IMG/VR virus record: IMGVR_UViG_3300025016_000004
Source: a virus
Lineage: Duplodnaviria > Caudoviricetes
Strand: one strand, 5' to 3'
Length of the DNA: 64,000 nucleotides
The translations under genes were made by a program, and so were the position numbers. Shown in pieces: positions 1-9,276 of the stretch (within the stretch, counting starts at the first letter, position 1; every line of letters starts with the position of its first letter). The notes beneath the pieces are model-generated. The model ran no database searches. It saw only the letters and a list, made by a program, of their open reading frames with translations, and had not been told where the DNA came from.

Positions 1-1
1 A

Positions 2-76
2 GGTAGAAATAACTATTGTTCATTAAAGTGTTCGGGTAAAAATAATAATAAACATCTTACAAGTAGTGTTACCTAA
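2..76 (+). CDS. 3' end of a truncated upstream ORF (GRNNYCSLKCSG...), CSxxC motif
   Basis: Open frame from the window edge to TAA at 74-76. Confidence 0.45.
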   Translation, partial: GRNNYCSLKCSGKNNNKHLTSSVT

Positions 77-104
77 CTAATGAGTATAACTTATAGATTT
101 TATT

Positions 105-134
105 AAAAAAGCCACAAGATATTGTGGCTTTTTT
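105..134 (+). terminator. Intrinsic terminator (bidirectional type)
   Basis: AAAAAA-GCCACAA-GATA-TTGTGGC-TTTTTT hairpin. Confidence 0.8.
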
Positions 135-168
135 GCGTTATAATAATATTTATTATAAAAACATTATT

Positions 169-414
169 ATGAGAATATTTAAAGATTTTAAGGACATGCT
201 TAGCTCTGATGATAGTAGCAAAATGTCAAGTAAGAGAGTAATAACATTTATGGCATTTTTATGCGTAACTGCTGCGTTTATCAGTAATTTATATTTTGAT
301 TTGACAGTAGATGATAACATGTATAACGGTATGATTCAAATCGTTTGGGCTGGATTAGGAGTAGTGGTAGGTGAGCATTTATTAAAGAAAAAAAATGCTG
401 ACCCTAATTCATAA
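169..414 (+). CDS. Small membrane protein with two TM helices, holin-like
   Basis: ATG at 169; two hydrophobic segments and a basic C-terminus. Confidence 0.6.
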   Translation: MRIFKDFKDMLSSDDSSKMSSKRVITFMAFLCVTAAFISNLYFDLTVDDNMYNGMIQIVWAGLGVVVGEHLLKKKNADPNS

Positions 415-426
415 ATAGTTAGACAA

Positions 427-534
427 TTAACTTCTCTTAATAGTCACACTAGGTTTTATAGTAGTGTTAGGTGTTGTCACCACTCTAGGAGTTGGTGGCA
501 TTACTGTTGTTGTTGTTTTTTTACATCCGCACAT
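427..534 (-). CDS. 35-aa Thr/Pro-rich micro-protein MCGCKKTTTTVMPPTPRVV...
   Basis: Manual translation; ATG at 534, TAA at 427-429. Confidence 0.5.
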   Translation of the reverse strand: MCGCKKTTTTVMPPTPRVVTTPNTTIKPSVTIKRS

Positions 535-624
535 AATATATTGGTTTTATTAATAAATATACGAATAAAACTAAAATGTTAAAGAGTTTTATTTACTTTT
601 TTAAAAAAAAACATAATTTAAATT

Positions 625-828
625 ATGTTTAGAACTAATTTTTTAATAGTAGATGAAGAGTGGAATTTAATTACCGAATATAAAAGTAGGGTTAAACCAG
701 ATGTTGGTGAATTTATATTCTTACAACCTAAATATTATAAGGTATTAAATGTTGTCCACACTTTTAAAGTATTACCAATCACTAGAAATATAACAGTAGT
801 TGTGAAGGAATGGAAAAATTTTAAATAA
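625..828 (+). CDS. Hypothetical protein
   Basis: ORF track. Confidence 0.6.
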   Translation: MFRTNFLIVDEEWNLITEYKSRVKPDVGEFIFLQPKYYKVLNVVHTFKVLPITRNITVVVKEWKNFK

Positions 829-981
829 AATTTTGAAAAAAACCTTTATTTTTCTAAAAAAAGTTATATATTTGCAGTGTAGGATGTTGAATTCGATTAA
901 ATTCAATGATGTTTTTTTTAAGGGCGTGGTATTTACCACGCCCTTTTTTGCTTTTATAAAGTATTTATAATAAAACTTAAT

Positions 982-1842
982 ATGAAAAAATTATCTAAGA
1001 TATATGAAGGTATTTTAAGGGAGTTCAAGAAAGACGGTGATGTTGATTATGAAATGTATGAAAGATATGAAAATTATTCATTAAGAATTTTACAGTTATT
1101 CTTAGAACAAAATAATGAGGATTACACAGCTAACATGCCTTGGTGATTAATTCCATATCCAAGATTAAAAAAAATATGGGAAGATTGGGCTAAATTCGGA
1201 TTTGTTAGAGATGAAAAAGGGTTAGAAGAAATTTGCGACGTAATGGAATCAAATACACTTAAAATTTCAGTTATAACAATGTTAGCTGGTCATACATCTG
1301 ATAGTCCAGATGATTATTATGAAGATGCTTTTGGATATCACATAGAGGGTGTAATTCAAAAATTCTATCAAAATCAACCAAGACCAGAAGATAACTATCA
1401 TAGTAACGACCCAAACCAATTAGAGTTTAATTGGGGGCACCCTGATGGTAAGAAAAAAGAACCAGTTAAAAAATCTAACGTTCAAATTATTGATGACCCT
1501 TATTTAGAAAATCTTTTAATTGATGTAGACCCAAAATCAGTTAGTTATGAAGACCTTAAAAAAATGTTGATGGATGAATTAATCAATAAATTCCTTTGGT
1601 ATTACATTGATGACCCAGCAATAGGTCAACCAAGACTTAGCGATTATGGATTAAAACCGTTAGTTGATTTAACGTCACAATTAAGAAGTACTTATGATTC
1701 AGCTGAAAAAGTAGTTATAGTAGATAAAATGCTAAATGTGGTACATCAAAGGTCAGATTTAGCATCATGGTATGTGAGAGGTGGCTCAAACGCATTAAGC
1801 GACTTATCATCTTCACCTAGTGAAAGAGAAACACAAGAATAA
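982..1842 (+). pseudogene. Hypothetical gene with one in-frame TGA at 1144-1146
   Basis: ATG at 982 is in frame with ORF 1243..1842; a single stop interrupts it. Confidence 0.7.
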
Positions 1843-1843
1843 A

Positions 1844-1993
1844 ATGAATAAAAAAAGAATACAACCGAAATTTACTGATATGACCGAGGAAGAAATAAAC
1901 GCTTGGTTAGAAAAAATGAAGTATCTTGAAGGTGATAGTAAAAATACATATGCAACCAAACAAATCAGAGATGGTAGGGGTTGGATATTTTAA
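1844..1993 (+). CDS. 49-aa hypothetical protein
   Basis: Manual translation MNKKRIQPKFTDM... Confidence 0.5.
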   Translation: MNKKRIQPKFTDMTEEEINAWLEKMKYLEGDSKNTYATKQIRDGRGWIF

Positions 1994-2186
1994 AATGTTA
2001 AAAAATGTTAAAATAAATAATGTCAGTTTTTTATTTAAATATTTGTGTAAGTTTTAAGGTTGTTTATCAAAAAGCTGTTACTGCAAGATGTGCCTAACCT
2101 GAAAAAGTGGTTTGTAGAAATATGCAAAGGAAACATAGGGGAGTATTGAGTTGACCCCTCACATCACTCAACTTTAAAACTGTAAT

Positions 2187-2258
2187 GGGATTATAGCTCA
2201 GGGGTAGAGTGATGACCTCTAAAACCAAAAGTCGTGGGTTCGAATCCCACTAGTCCCT
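2187..2258 (+). tRNA. Amber-suppressor-type tRNA (anticodon CTA) with a poorly paired anticodon stem
   Basis: Good acceptor, D and T arms; loop CT-CTA-AA; stem ATGAC/ACCAA is mismatched. Confidence 0.65.
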
Positions 2259-2281
2259 CTAAAATATTAAAATAAAGTAAA

Positions 2282-2410
2282 ATGAAAGACACTTAGATTA
2301 AAAACAACAAATTAATAATAATCACTAGACGTGATTTATCAATTGGTATTCAGGCAGTTCAGGCTGGCCATTGTTCATGCTATGGATGGTGGAAGATGAC
2401 ATCACGCATT
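2282..2410 (+). pseudogene. Remnant of a Pth2-like gene with an in-frame TAG at codon 5
   Basis: MKDT*IKNNKLIIITRRDLSIGIQAVQAGH resembles the Pth2-fold N-terminus. Confidence 0.5.
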
Positions 2411-2694
2411 ATGATTCGCTAGAGGTTCTGCTGAAAGCGGATAACGATGCCAACGTTATCAATAGGTATAGAGATACCATAGAACTGGTTCTGCCTTTCT
2501 TAAAGTTCTAATACCAAAAAGAGATAATTGTAAAAAATTGTCTCTTTTTTTTGTTTATTACATTTATTATTAGTATATTTGCAGAGAGTAAGTTGTAATA
2601 ATAAAAGATTAATAAATCAAACAATTGAATTAGTAAAGGTTTTATAGGATTTCCCTTTCTTTTATTTACAAAATTATGTTTTAAGAATTAGATT

Positions 2695-3120
2695 ATGGAA
2701 AATAAAGGGTGGAAAGATGTTAGAGAAATACCAGCCAGCGGTAAACGCAAATGGCATGGCGGTGCTTATACATTAGCTTTCGTATATTCAAATAAAGGTA
2801 ACTTCCTTTTAAAAGGTTATGGAGCTGAAATTAGAGAATATTTACAAGACTTAAAAAGTAAGGGTTATAAATATATACTTAATGAAACTCTATGGCATAC
2901 AGATAGTTGGACAGGTGAGAAAAACTTTAGAAGTATATGGTCAGTATCAAGTCAAAGTACTTATATAGATGAACCAGAACCAAAATCTAGATATAGAAAA
3001 GAGGATAAATTCAAATGGGTTATTAAACGGTTTGGTGAACACGGTGAAGATACTAAAACACTAAAATTTAAAAGGCTCCCAAATAAGTGGGTACCTGAAT
3101 ATGATACAATAATATATTAA
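2695..3120 (+). CDS. Hypothetical protein
   Basis: ORF track; upstream TAnnTTTG promoter motif. Confidence 0.7.
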   Translation: MENKGWKDVREIPASGKRKWHGGAYTLAFVYSNKGNFLLKGYGAEIREYLQDLKSKGYKYILNETLWHTDSWTGEKNFRSIWSVSSQSTYIDEPEPKSRYRKEDKFKWVIKRFGEHGEDTKTLKFKRLPNKWVPEYDTIIY

Positions 3121-3245
3121 TGTGTAAAGTGGGTTACTATAAAAAGCTTAATTGCCCCAGTAGTTCGGATAGTGAGAAAAACTAGACTGCATAATTACTC
3201 CGACAAAAATCTGAACTACAACACATTATTATATATTTATAAAAT

Positions 3246-3638
3246 ATGGAAAATAAATTAAAACTTTCCGAAATATTTCAGGAAGAACCTATAGTTGTTT
3301 ATCATGGTACATTAACCAAATTTGTTGATTCAATTAAAAAAAATGGATTAACTCATAAAAATTATTATGAACCAAAATGGTTTATGGTTTCTACTGATAT
3401 TGAAAGTGCTTTATATCATGCAACACCAGATGAGGGTGAAACTGCCTCAGTTATTGAGTTTAAAGTTCCTCTAACTAATGATAAATGGTATGGTTATCCT
3501 TATTTTTGGCCACCCTATAAAAGAGATGGTAATTCTATGTGGTTTGCATTAAAACAACCATTAGATGGTAATCTAATCAATAAAGTACACAACGTACCTT
3601 ATGCAACCTTTATTAAACAAAAATATAAGGGATATTAA
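3246..3638 (+). CDS. ADP-ribosyltransferase/Tpt1-like fold protein
   Basis: VYHGT...SIKKNGL...STDIESALYHA motifs. Confidence 0.5.
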   Translation: MENKLKLSEIFQEEPIVVYHGTLTKFVDSIKKNGLTHKNYYEPKWFMVSTDIESALYHATPDEGETASVIEFKVPLTNDKWYGYPYFWPPYKRDGNSMWFALKQPLDGNLINKVHNVPYATFIKQKYKGY

Positions 3639-3640
3639 AT

Positions 3641-3901
3641 ATGGAAAATAGAAAAATATTTGTTTGCAGTTGTCATTCACTAGAACACCAATTTGCGTTT
3701 TGGTATGACGAAGAATATAATGAGCTTTATTTTGAACCACACTTACATGATAATTCTTGGCCTTGGTATAAAATATTTTGGCAAAGGTTAAGATATGTAT
3801 TTGGAAACAAATCAAGATTTGGTGCTTGGGATGAAGTAATAATCAAACCAGAAGATGCTAAACAAATAATTGAATACTTAAATAAAATAAGTGAGAATTA
3901 A
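3641..3901 (+). CDS. Hypothetical phage protein
   Basis: ORF track. Confidence 0.65.
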   Translation: MENRKIFVCSCHSLEHQFAFWYDEEYNELYFEPHLHDNSWPWYKIFWQRLRYVFGNKSRFGAWDEVIIKPEDAKQIIEYLNKISEN

Positions 3902-4310
3902 AAAGAAGAACATATTATTTGAAGAAAGGGTTAAATCTAACATGGCCGTACCCAATGAGGTTAAGCAACTTCATTCTTTATTTGTAAAGAATGGGTTTCA
4001 ACTTTATATCGTTGGTGGTGCTGTGCGTGATACCCTTATGGGTAAACCAATCAAAGATTATGACTTAGCAACTGATGCTCCACCAGAAACGGTTGAGAAG
4101 ATGTTGAAAAGTGCTGAAATTAGAACTATTGGAACTGGCGCAGCATTCGGGGTTATTAACGCATATGTAAATGATGAAGAATACGAGATTGCCACATTTA
4201 GGTCTGACGGATTTGATAGTGATGAAGATGAATTAAAAAAATTTAAGGATTATTTGAAATCCTTAAATAATGGTTCTTTTGAAAAGTTTGAAAATAATTT
4301 AATGAAATAG
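3891..4310 (+). CDS. cca: CCA-adding enzyme, N-terminal fragment of a split gene
   Basis: VGGAVRD..GKPIKDYDLAT and EIATFRSD, followed by an unrelated 33-aa tail. Confidence 0.85.
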   Translation: MRIKKKNILFEERVKSNMAVPNEVKQLHSLFVKNGFQLYIVGGAVRDTLMGKPIKDYDLATDAPPETVEKMLKSAEIRTIGTGAAFGVINAYVNDEEYEIATFRSDGFDSDEDELKKFKDYLKSLNNGSFEKFENNLMK

Positions 4311-4343
4311 CGACTTTTAGACTTATTTCTCATATTTATTAAT

Positions 4344-5018
4344 ATGAGAAAAGGTTATATATATGAATTAGTTTGTCCTATTACGAATGAATGTAGGTAT
4401 ATAGGGCAAACAATACAAGAATTAAATAAAAGGTTATATAAGCATAAATATTGTATGCGAAATAACCCTAGTCATAAAAATAGTTGGTTAATCAAATTAT
4501 CTAATGAATCTTCATTAGATAATTTGATTATAAAATTAATTGAAGAATGTGATAGTGATATTTTAAATGAACGTGAAATTTATTGGATTGAAAAATATCA
4601 AAATGAAGGTTATCAGCTAACTAATATGACTGAAGGTGGTAATTGTGGTTCTAGAGGTTATAAACATACTAAAGAAGCCATTAAGAAGATTGCCGAAGCT
4701 GGGAAAAGAGTTGGTTATAAACATACTAAAGAAGCGAAAAAAAAGATATCAAATTCATTACTAGGTAAGAGAGGTAGGAATACTGGAAACAAACATTCAA
4801 TAGAAACCAAAAAAAAGATATCTGAAAGTAAGAAGGGAATTGTGAGTTGGAATGCACAACCAGTTTTACAATTAGATAAAGAAGATAAAATAATAAACGA
4901 GTGGAGAAGTGCTAAATATGCCGCTGAACAACTTAGTTTGAGTCAAGGTAATATTTGGGCGGTTACTAATGGTGATAGAAAAAGTTGTGGTGGATATAAA
5001 TGGATTTTAAAAAAATGA
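4344..5018 (+). CDS. GIY-YIG homing endonuclease with NUMOD3 repeats
   Basis: GYIYEL...RYIGQT, repeated HTKEA motifs, NUMOD1-like C-terminus. Confidence 0.85.
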   Translation: MRKGYIYELVCPITNECRYIGQTIQELNKRLYKHKYCMRNNPSHKNSWLIKLSNESSLDNLIIKLIEECDSDILNEREIYWIEKYQNEGYQLTNMTEGGNCGSRGYKHTKEAIKKIAEAGKRVGYKHTKEAKKKISNSLLGKRGRNTGNKHSIETKKKISESKKGIVSWNAQPVLQLDKEDKIINEWRSAKYAAEQLSLSQGNIWAVTNGDRKSCGGYKWILKK

Positions 5019-5200
5019 ATAAATTGAAAAGAAAAGTTGGAGATAAAGTTACTTTGAATGATAAATTTGGTAATGATGAAGGAAAAGAAGCAATAATTAA
5101 CTCAATAGAAACTTCTAAAAATGGTAGAGAGTGGTATCGACTAACTTATAAAGGTAAATTAGACCCATGGAATTGGTGTGATTCAGATTTTAAAAATTAA
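5015..5200 (+). CDS. Small hypothetical protein inside the cca insertion
   Basis: ATG overlaps the endonuclease stop (ATGA). Confidence 0.55.
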   Translation: MNKLKRKVGDKVTLNDKFGNDEGKEAIINSIETSKNGREWYRLTYKGKLDPWNWCDSDFKN

Positions 5201-5201
5201 T

Positions 5202-6086
5202 ATGAAAACTTGGAAAGATATAGCTAAAAAAACAGTACCTAATGAATTTAATACATTCATGAAGGGTAAAGGCAGAAGACCTGATTCTGTAATATTTTCT
5301 GATATTGAAACTGATGTTAAAAGACGTGATTTAACAATCAATGCATTATTCTACGATATTTCAACAAAAGAGATAGTAGATTTAGTTGGTGGCATAAAAG
5401 ACATTAATAATGGTGTTGTAAGGACCGTAGGAGACGCTGGAGAGCGTTTTGGGGAAGATAGACTAAGAATCCTTAGAGCAATTAGATTTGCGGGTAGAAC
5501 GGGTTCTAAATTAGACCCAGCAATTGATAAGTCATTAAGACAAGATAATTCATTAGAAGGTATTTCTGGTGAACGTATTATGGATGAGTTTGTTAAAGGT
5601 ATCAAATCAGCGAAATCAACTAAATATTTTTTATCATTAATTGATAAATATAATTTATTTGATTGGATTTTTAAAGGTATTTCACCAATTAACAAACAAT
5701 TCATTGAGTCTAATGACCCAATATTAGTTATAGCGGTATTACTAAAGGATGTATCATATGATACTATCAGTAAACAATTGAATGCGCTTAAGTATTCATC
5801 CAATCAAATAAAACCAATAGTATTTATGGTAGCTTATTACCAATATTTCTCTAAAGATACTTTTTATACGTTGAAAAAAATGTATAATACTTTTGAGGCA
5901 AATGGTAATACGTTTTTATCATTCATAGAGCTTATGGGTGGTAACACTGAAATTGCACGTAAGTTTATCAATTATCAGCTATCAATTACTGGTGATATGG
6001 TAAAACAAAAATACGGAATGAAAGATGGTCCTGAATTAGGGGCTAAGATAAAAGAGTTAGAAACTCAACAGTTTTTTAAAATATAA
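5202..6086 (+). CDS. cca: CCA-adding enzyme, C-terminal fragment of a split gene
   Basis: GRRPD..DVKRRDLTINALFYD, EDRLRILRAIRF, SGERI motifs. Confidence 0.88.
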   Translation: MKTWKDIAKKTVPNEFNTFMKGKGRRPDSVIFSDIETDVKRRDLTINALFYDISTKEIVDLVGGIKDINNGVVRTVGDAGERFGEDRLRILRAIRFAGRTGSKLDPAIDKSLRQDNSLEGISGERIMDEFVKGIKSAKSTKYFLSLIDKYNLFDWIFKGISPINKQFIESNDPILVIAVLLKDVSYDTISKQLNALKYSSNQIKPIVFMVAYYQYFSKDTFYTLKKMYNTFEANGNTFLSFIELMGGNTEIARKFINYQLSITGDMVKQKYGMKDGPELGAKIKELETQQFFKI

Positions 6087-6200
6087 TTTTCTATGTTCAT
6101 TGGTAATAAATGGTATGTGTATTTATTGCACATACCCTTTTTTTGTTAAAAACTTGTTTATATCATTTATCTTGTGTTATATTGTGCAAAATATAAAATC

Positions 6201-6824
6201 ATGAAAAAAGAATTTTATGAAAACATCCCAATAGTTGATATTACAACGGTATCTAAAGATGAAATGAAAATGGAACCATATATTGAAACGTACACTGGAT
6301 TAAGAGTATATTTTAATGACATACATAAAGATATAATATCGATACACGACATAGCACATTCATTATCTCAAATATGTAGATTTACTGGACATACAAAAGA
6401 ATTTTATAGCGTAGCACAACATTCAGTATTGGTTGCGGATGCACAAACTACGTTACCAGAAAAAAGAGCTGGGTTATTACATGATGCTACTGAAACTTAT
6501 GTGAATGACTTACCAAGCCCATTAAAAGCTTGCACAGATTTGGGTGATTATAAAAATTTAGAAAATAGATTTCACCATGTCATCAATCAAAAATATAAAG
6601 TTAATGATGGAATGACACCTAACATAAAGAAAGCTGATTTAGCAGCTTTATTCACTGAAAAGAGGGATGTTCTAAACAAACCTAGTGATTGGGGTTGGGG
6701 TTATGATATCATACCATTTGACGATATAATAATACCTTTAGGTCCTAAAGAAGCAAAAGCTTTATTCATTAAACGTTTTATAGAATTATTTCCAACTGAA
6801 GCAAAAAAAGAAGGTTTAATATAA
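6201..6824 (+). CDS. HD-domain phosphohydrolase (YfbR/YfdR-like)
   Basis: DIAHSLS..CRF.GH..YSVAQHS..LLHDA motifs. Confidence 0.85.
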   Translation: MKKEFYENIPIVDITTVSKDEMKMEPYIETYTGLRVYFNDIHKDIISIHDIAHSLSQICRFTGHTKEFYSVAQHSVLVADAQTTLPEKRAGLLHDATETYVNDLPSPLKACTDLGDYKNLENRFHHVINQKYKVNDGMTPNIKKADLAALFTEKRDVLNKPSDWGWGYDIIPFDDIIIPLGPKEAKALFIKRFIELFPTEAKKEGLI

Positions 6825-6845
6825 GGTTATACGATATTTATTATT

Positions 6846-7388
6846 ATGAAGAATATTTTAAGAATTGTCATAATAATAATATTAGTTTTTATAGGTCTAA
6901 AATTAATCTTTCCAAGTAAATACGGAGATAAATTAAAAGAGGTGTCTTTTGATAAAGATGCCAACATAATTATAAATTTTACCGATAATAAATCTTTAGA
7001 TACCATATACCATGTAGGGTTAGAAGTTTTAGGTATTAAAGGAAAAAAATTTGTTATTCGTGAAATTCAAGATAATGTAAAAACAGGGTATAAAGATGAA
7101 TTAATTCTTATTGGTTCAGTTGTTAAGTATAAGGAATATTATTTGATTTATACCAAATTAACCAACAATAAAAAGATGATAGATATTGCTTCTCATGAAT
7201 TAATACATGTTAAACAATATATGGATAATCGATTAGAAGTAACACCTAAAAACCTTAGATGGGAAAACAAATTTTATACATTACCTCTTACAGTAAGCTA
7301 TGAAGACGCACCATGGGAAATTGAAGCTTTTGATAAAGCTAAGGAATTTAAAGATTTAATGTATAATTCTTTATTAGTAAAAAAATAA
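6846..7388 (+). CDS. Membrane-anchored HExxH metallopeptidase-like protein
   Basis: N-terminal TM; SHELIH; PWEIEA. Confidence 0.7.
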   Translation: MKNILRIVIIIILVFIGLKLIFPSKYGDKLKEVSFDKDANIIINFTDNKSLDTIYHVGLEVLGIKGKKFVIREIQDNVKTGYKDELILIGSVVKYKEYYLIYTKLTNNKKMIDIASHELIHVKQYMDNRLEVTPKNLRWENKFYTLPLTVSYEDAPWEIEAFDKAKEFKDLMYNSLLVKK

Positions 7389-7739
7389 TTATTGTACAGC
7401 AGCAGTCGCTAATCCTTTATCTTTATGACCTAATTTAAGTACTTGCAAATCTTTATCAGTATATTCAACACCATCAATCACTAATAGAACTAATTTATCT
7501 TTTGAATATTTAGCTTTACTTATTAATTCACCATTGATATAATGTTTCCATTCGCCATCACGAAGTAATTCACCTTTAACTAGAATATAAAAACCAGTTT
7601 GGTATATATCATCATTAATTGAGTTTTCAGTATAAGCAAAATAGTTATCTGAAATTTGTTTTAGCTTATCTTTTGATTGTCCGTTTACTACAGAGATGTA
7701 GCAAAATAATGCGATAATTGTAATAATAATTCTTTTCAT
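7389..7739 (-). CDS. Exported protein with a short beta-hairpin repeat
   Basis: Signal peptide; RDGEWKHY motif. Confidence 0.6.
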   Translation of the reverse strand: MKRIIITIIALFCYISVVNGQSKDKLKQISDNYFAYTENSINDDIYQTGFYILVKGELLRDGEWKHYINGELISKAKYSKDKLVLLVIDGVEYTDKDLQVLKLGHKDKGLATAAVQ

Positions 7740-7892
7740 AATTAGTTCCTTTTTAAATAAATATGCAATGTTAACTTAATGTTACGTAATTGTTAAGGTA
7801 ATTATACTAAATTTTTTTTATAAAAGCAAGGAAATTTTAATAAAAATTTGTTTATACCACATATTTTTAATATCTTTACGTAAAATATATGT

Positions 7893-8423
7893 ATGAAAAA
7901 TATAAAAATGAAACTTTTGAAGGTAACTTTATTAATTATGTTTGGTTGGGTAATTGGATTAATCATTTCAATAAAGGGAATTTCAAGGGATAATGATAAT
8001 CTAATTATCAATTGTACTAACCAAAAATATTTAGACACTATAATTCATTCTGGGTTAAATATGTTAGAGATAAAAAAAGCTCGAATTATAATTTCAGATA
8101 TCCCAAGTTATTTTAAACCTAACAATGATGCGAAAGAACCGATAGTAGGTAATACTCTAGGTTATATTACGCATATTTCAGGTAATTACTATTCAATTCG
8201 TATTATTAAAGCAGATAAAAATGAGTCTATTAGAATTCTATCCCATGAATTAGTTCATTTATACCAATATCACCATAAGCTGTTAATTAATAACGATGAT
8301 TATTATGTTTGGGGATATGATACTATATATAAACCAACAAGTTACACTTATTTTGATAGACCTTGGGAAGTCCAAGCTAGAAGAGCTGGCGATATGTTAG
8401 AATATTTATTGAAAACTAATTAA
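7893..8423 (+). CDS. Membrane-anchored HExxH metallopeptidase-like protein, paralog of 6846
   Basis: SHELVH; RPWEVQA. Confidence 0.7.
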   Translation: MKNIKMKLLKVTLLIMFGWVIGLIISIKGISRDNDNLIINCTNQKYLDTIIHSGLNMLEIKKARIIISDIPSYFKPNNDAKEPIVGNTLGYITHISGNYYSIRIIKADKNESIRILSHELVHLYQYHHKLLINNDDYYVWGYDTIYKPTSYTYFDRPWEVQARRAGDMLEYLLKTN

Positions 8424-8466
8424 ATTTCTTTAAAATAGAGTTTTCAACGCTAATTTAAATATTTAT

Positions 8467-8514
8467 AAAGGTGAGCGTAAAACCCACCCATCGGAACGTG
8501 GGTGGGTAGTTCAC
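8467..8514 (+). mobile_element. IS200/IS605-derived mini-MITE
   Basis: TTTAT immediately 5'; GAGCGTAAAACCC...GGGTGGGTAGTTCAC fused ends. Confidence 0.8.
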
Positions 8515-8644
8515 TACGTAAGTTAATGTATTTGGATTTAATTTGCAATATGAAAATGAAAAATACGTTAATTTAATTTCACAATATTTCATTCATAATT
8601 AATTAAAAATCAATTAGTTAAAAAATAATTAAAAAAAAAAGTGC

Positions 8645-8702
8645 AAAAAAACTTGTTTTATATTGAAACATTATGTATATTTGCACTATATATTAATAAC
8701 AA
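8645..8702 (+). promoter_or_regulatory. Bacteroidota sigma-type promoter P1, one of four near-identical copies
   Basis: TTG 8653-55 and TATATTTG 8676-83. Confidence 0.8.
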
Positions 8703-8731
8703 GACGGGTGAATACCCTAAAAAATTAGAAA

Positions 8732-8839
8732 ATGCAAGCAATAAGTATTATACATATTATGAGTTCGATAAATTGGAGACGTAATTCTTCAGTAGTGTCA
8801 GGTATGTCTATACTTAATAGTGGAAATTGGTTTGGTTAA
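8732..8839 (+). CDS. Leader peptide 1: MQAISIIHIMSSINWRRNSSVVSGMSILNSGNWFG
   Basis: Codons 4-20 are all I/S/H/M/N/W/R; contains antiterminator TGTCAGG at 8796-8802. Confidence 0.85.
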   Translation: MQAISIIHIMSSINWRRNSSVVSGMSILNSGNWFG

Positions 8840-8867
8840 CAAATTAATAAAACAAAAAGATAAGATG

Positions 8868-8901
8868 AAAATCCTGACAGAAATGTCAGGATTTTTTTTT
8901 T
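8868..8901 (+). terminator. Attenuator terminator 1
   Basis: AAAATCCTGACA-GAAA-TGTCAGGATTTT plus U-tract. Confidence 0.9.
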
Positions 8902-8906
8902 AATAT

Positions 8907-9002
8907 GGTATCTGTAGCAGAATTGGTAAGTAGTACCCTTATCGGGGAACATGCACTAGATTGTGGCTCTAGAGGATGCGGATTCGAGTTCCGTCTGATA
9001 CC
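8907..9002 (+). tRNA. trnH: tRNA-His(GTG) with a ~20-nt insertion in the D-loop
   Basis: G-1:C73; stem CTAGA/TCTAG; loop TT-GTG-GC. Confidence 0.8.
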
Positions 9003-9035
9003 CAAAGGTTTCAATTGTACCTTAAACAATTAAAT

Positions 9036-9110
9036 GGTGTGCGTAGCTTAACTGGTTAAAGCACTAGATTGTGAGTCTAGGGGATGTGATTTCGAATATC
9101 ATCGTACACC
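9036..9110 (+). tRNA. trnH: tRNA-His(GTG)
   Basis: Canonical cloverleaf with G-1. Confidence 0.9.
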
Positions 9111-9116
9111 CAAAAT

Positions 9117-9195
9117 GGTCGTGGTCGGGATGACCCCACTTCAGAGGTGAAGTGAATACATGTTTGGTTAGGGTTCGAGTCCCTTTCACTGACCC
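9117..9195 (+). pseudogene. Degenerate tRNA-like element, anticodon ambiguous (TCA or CAG)
   Basis: T-arm AGGG-TTCGAGT-CCCT; GGTC/GACC ends; remainder irregular. Confidence 0.4.
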
Positions 9196-9218
9196 AAGTA
9201 ATTGAGAGTAATATCAAT

Positions 9219-9234
9219 GTTCATTGACATATTG
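9219..9234 (+). promoter_or_regulatory. boxA-like motif
   Basis: GTTCATTGACATATTG; similar copies at 57863 and 59712. Confidence 0.45.
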
Positions 9235-9276
9235 GAAGTAAATTAACGCAACTCATAATCAAGGGGTTGCGTACAC

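Noticed and set aside
4208-5265. Group I or II intron in cca
   Set aside because: The insert is AT-rich and almost fully coding; I could not find P/Q/R/S core elements or domain V.
5351-5803. Antisense or alternative-frame ORFs inside well-supported genes (e.g. 5351, 19786, 26574, 32021, 42520, 48870, 51549, 52052, 61808)
   Set aside because: Shadow ORFs of conserved genes with no motifs.
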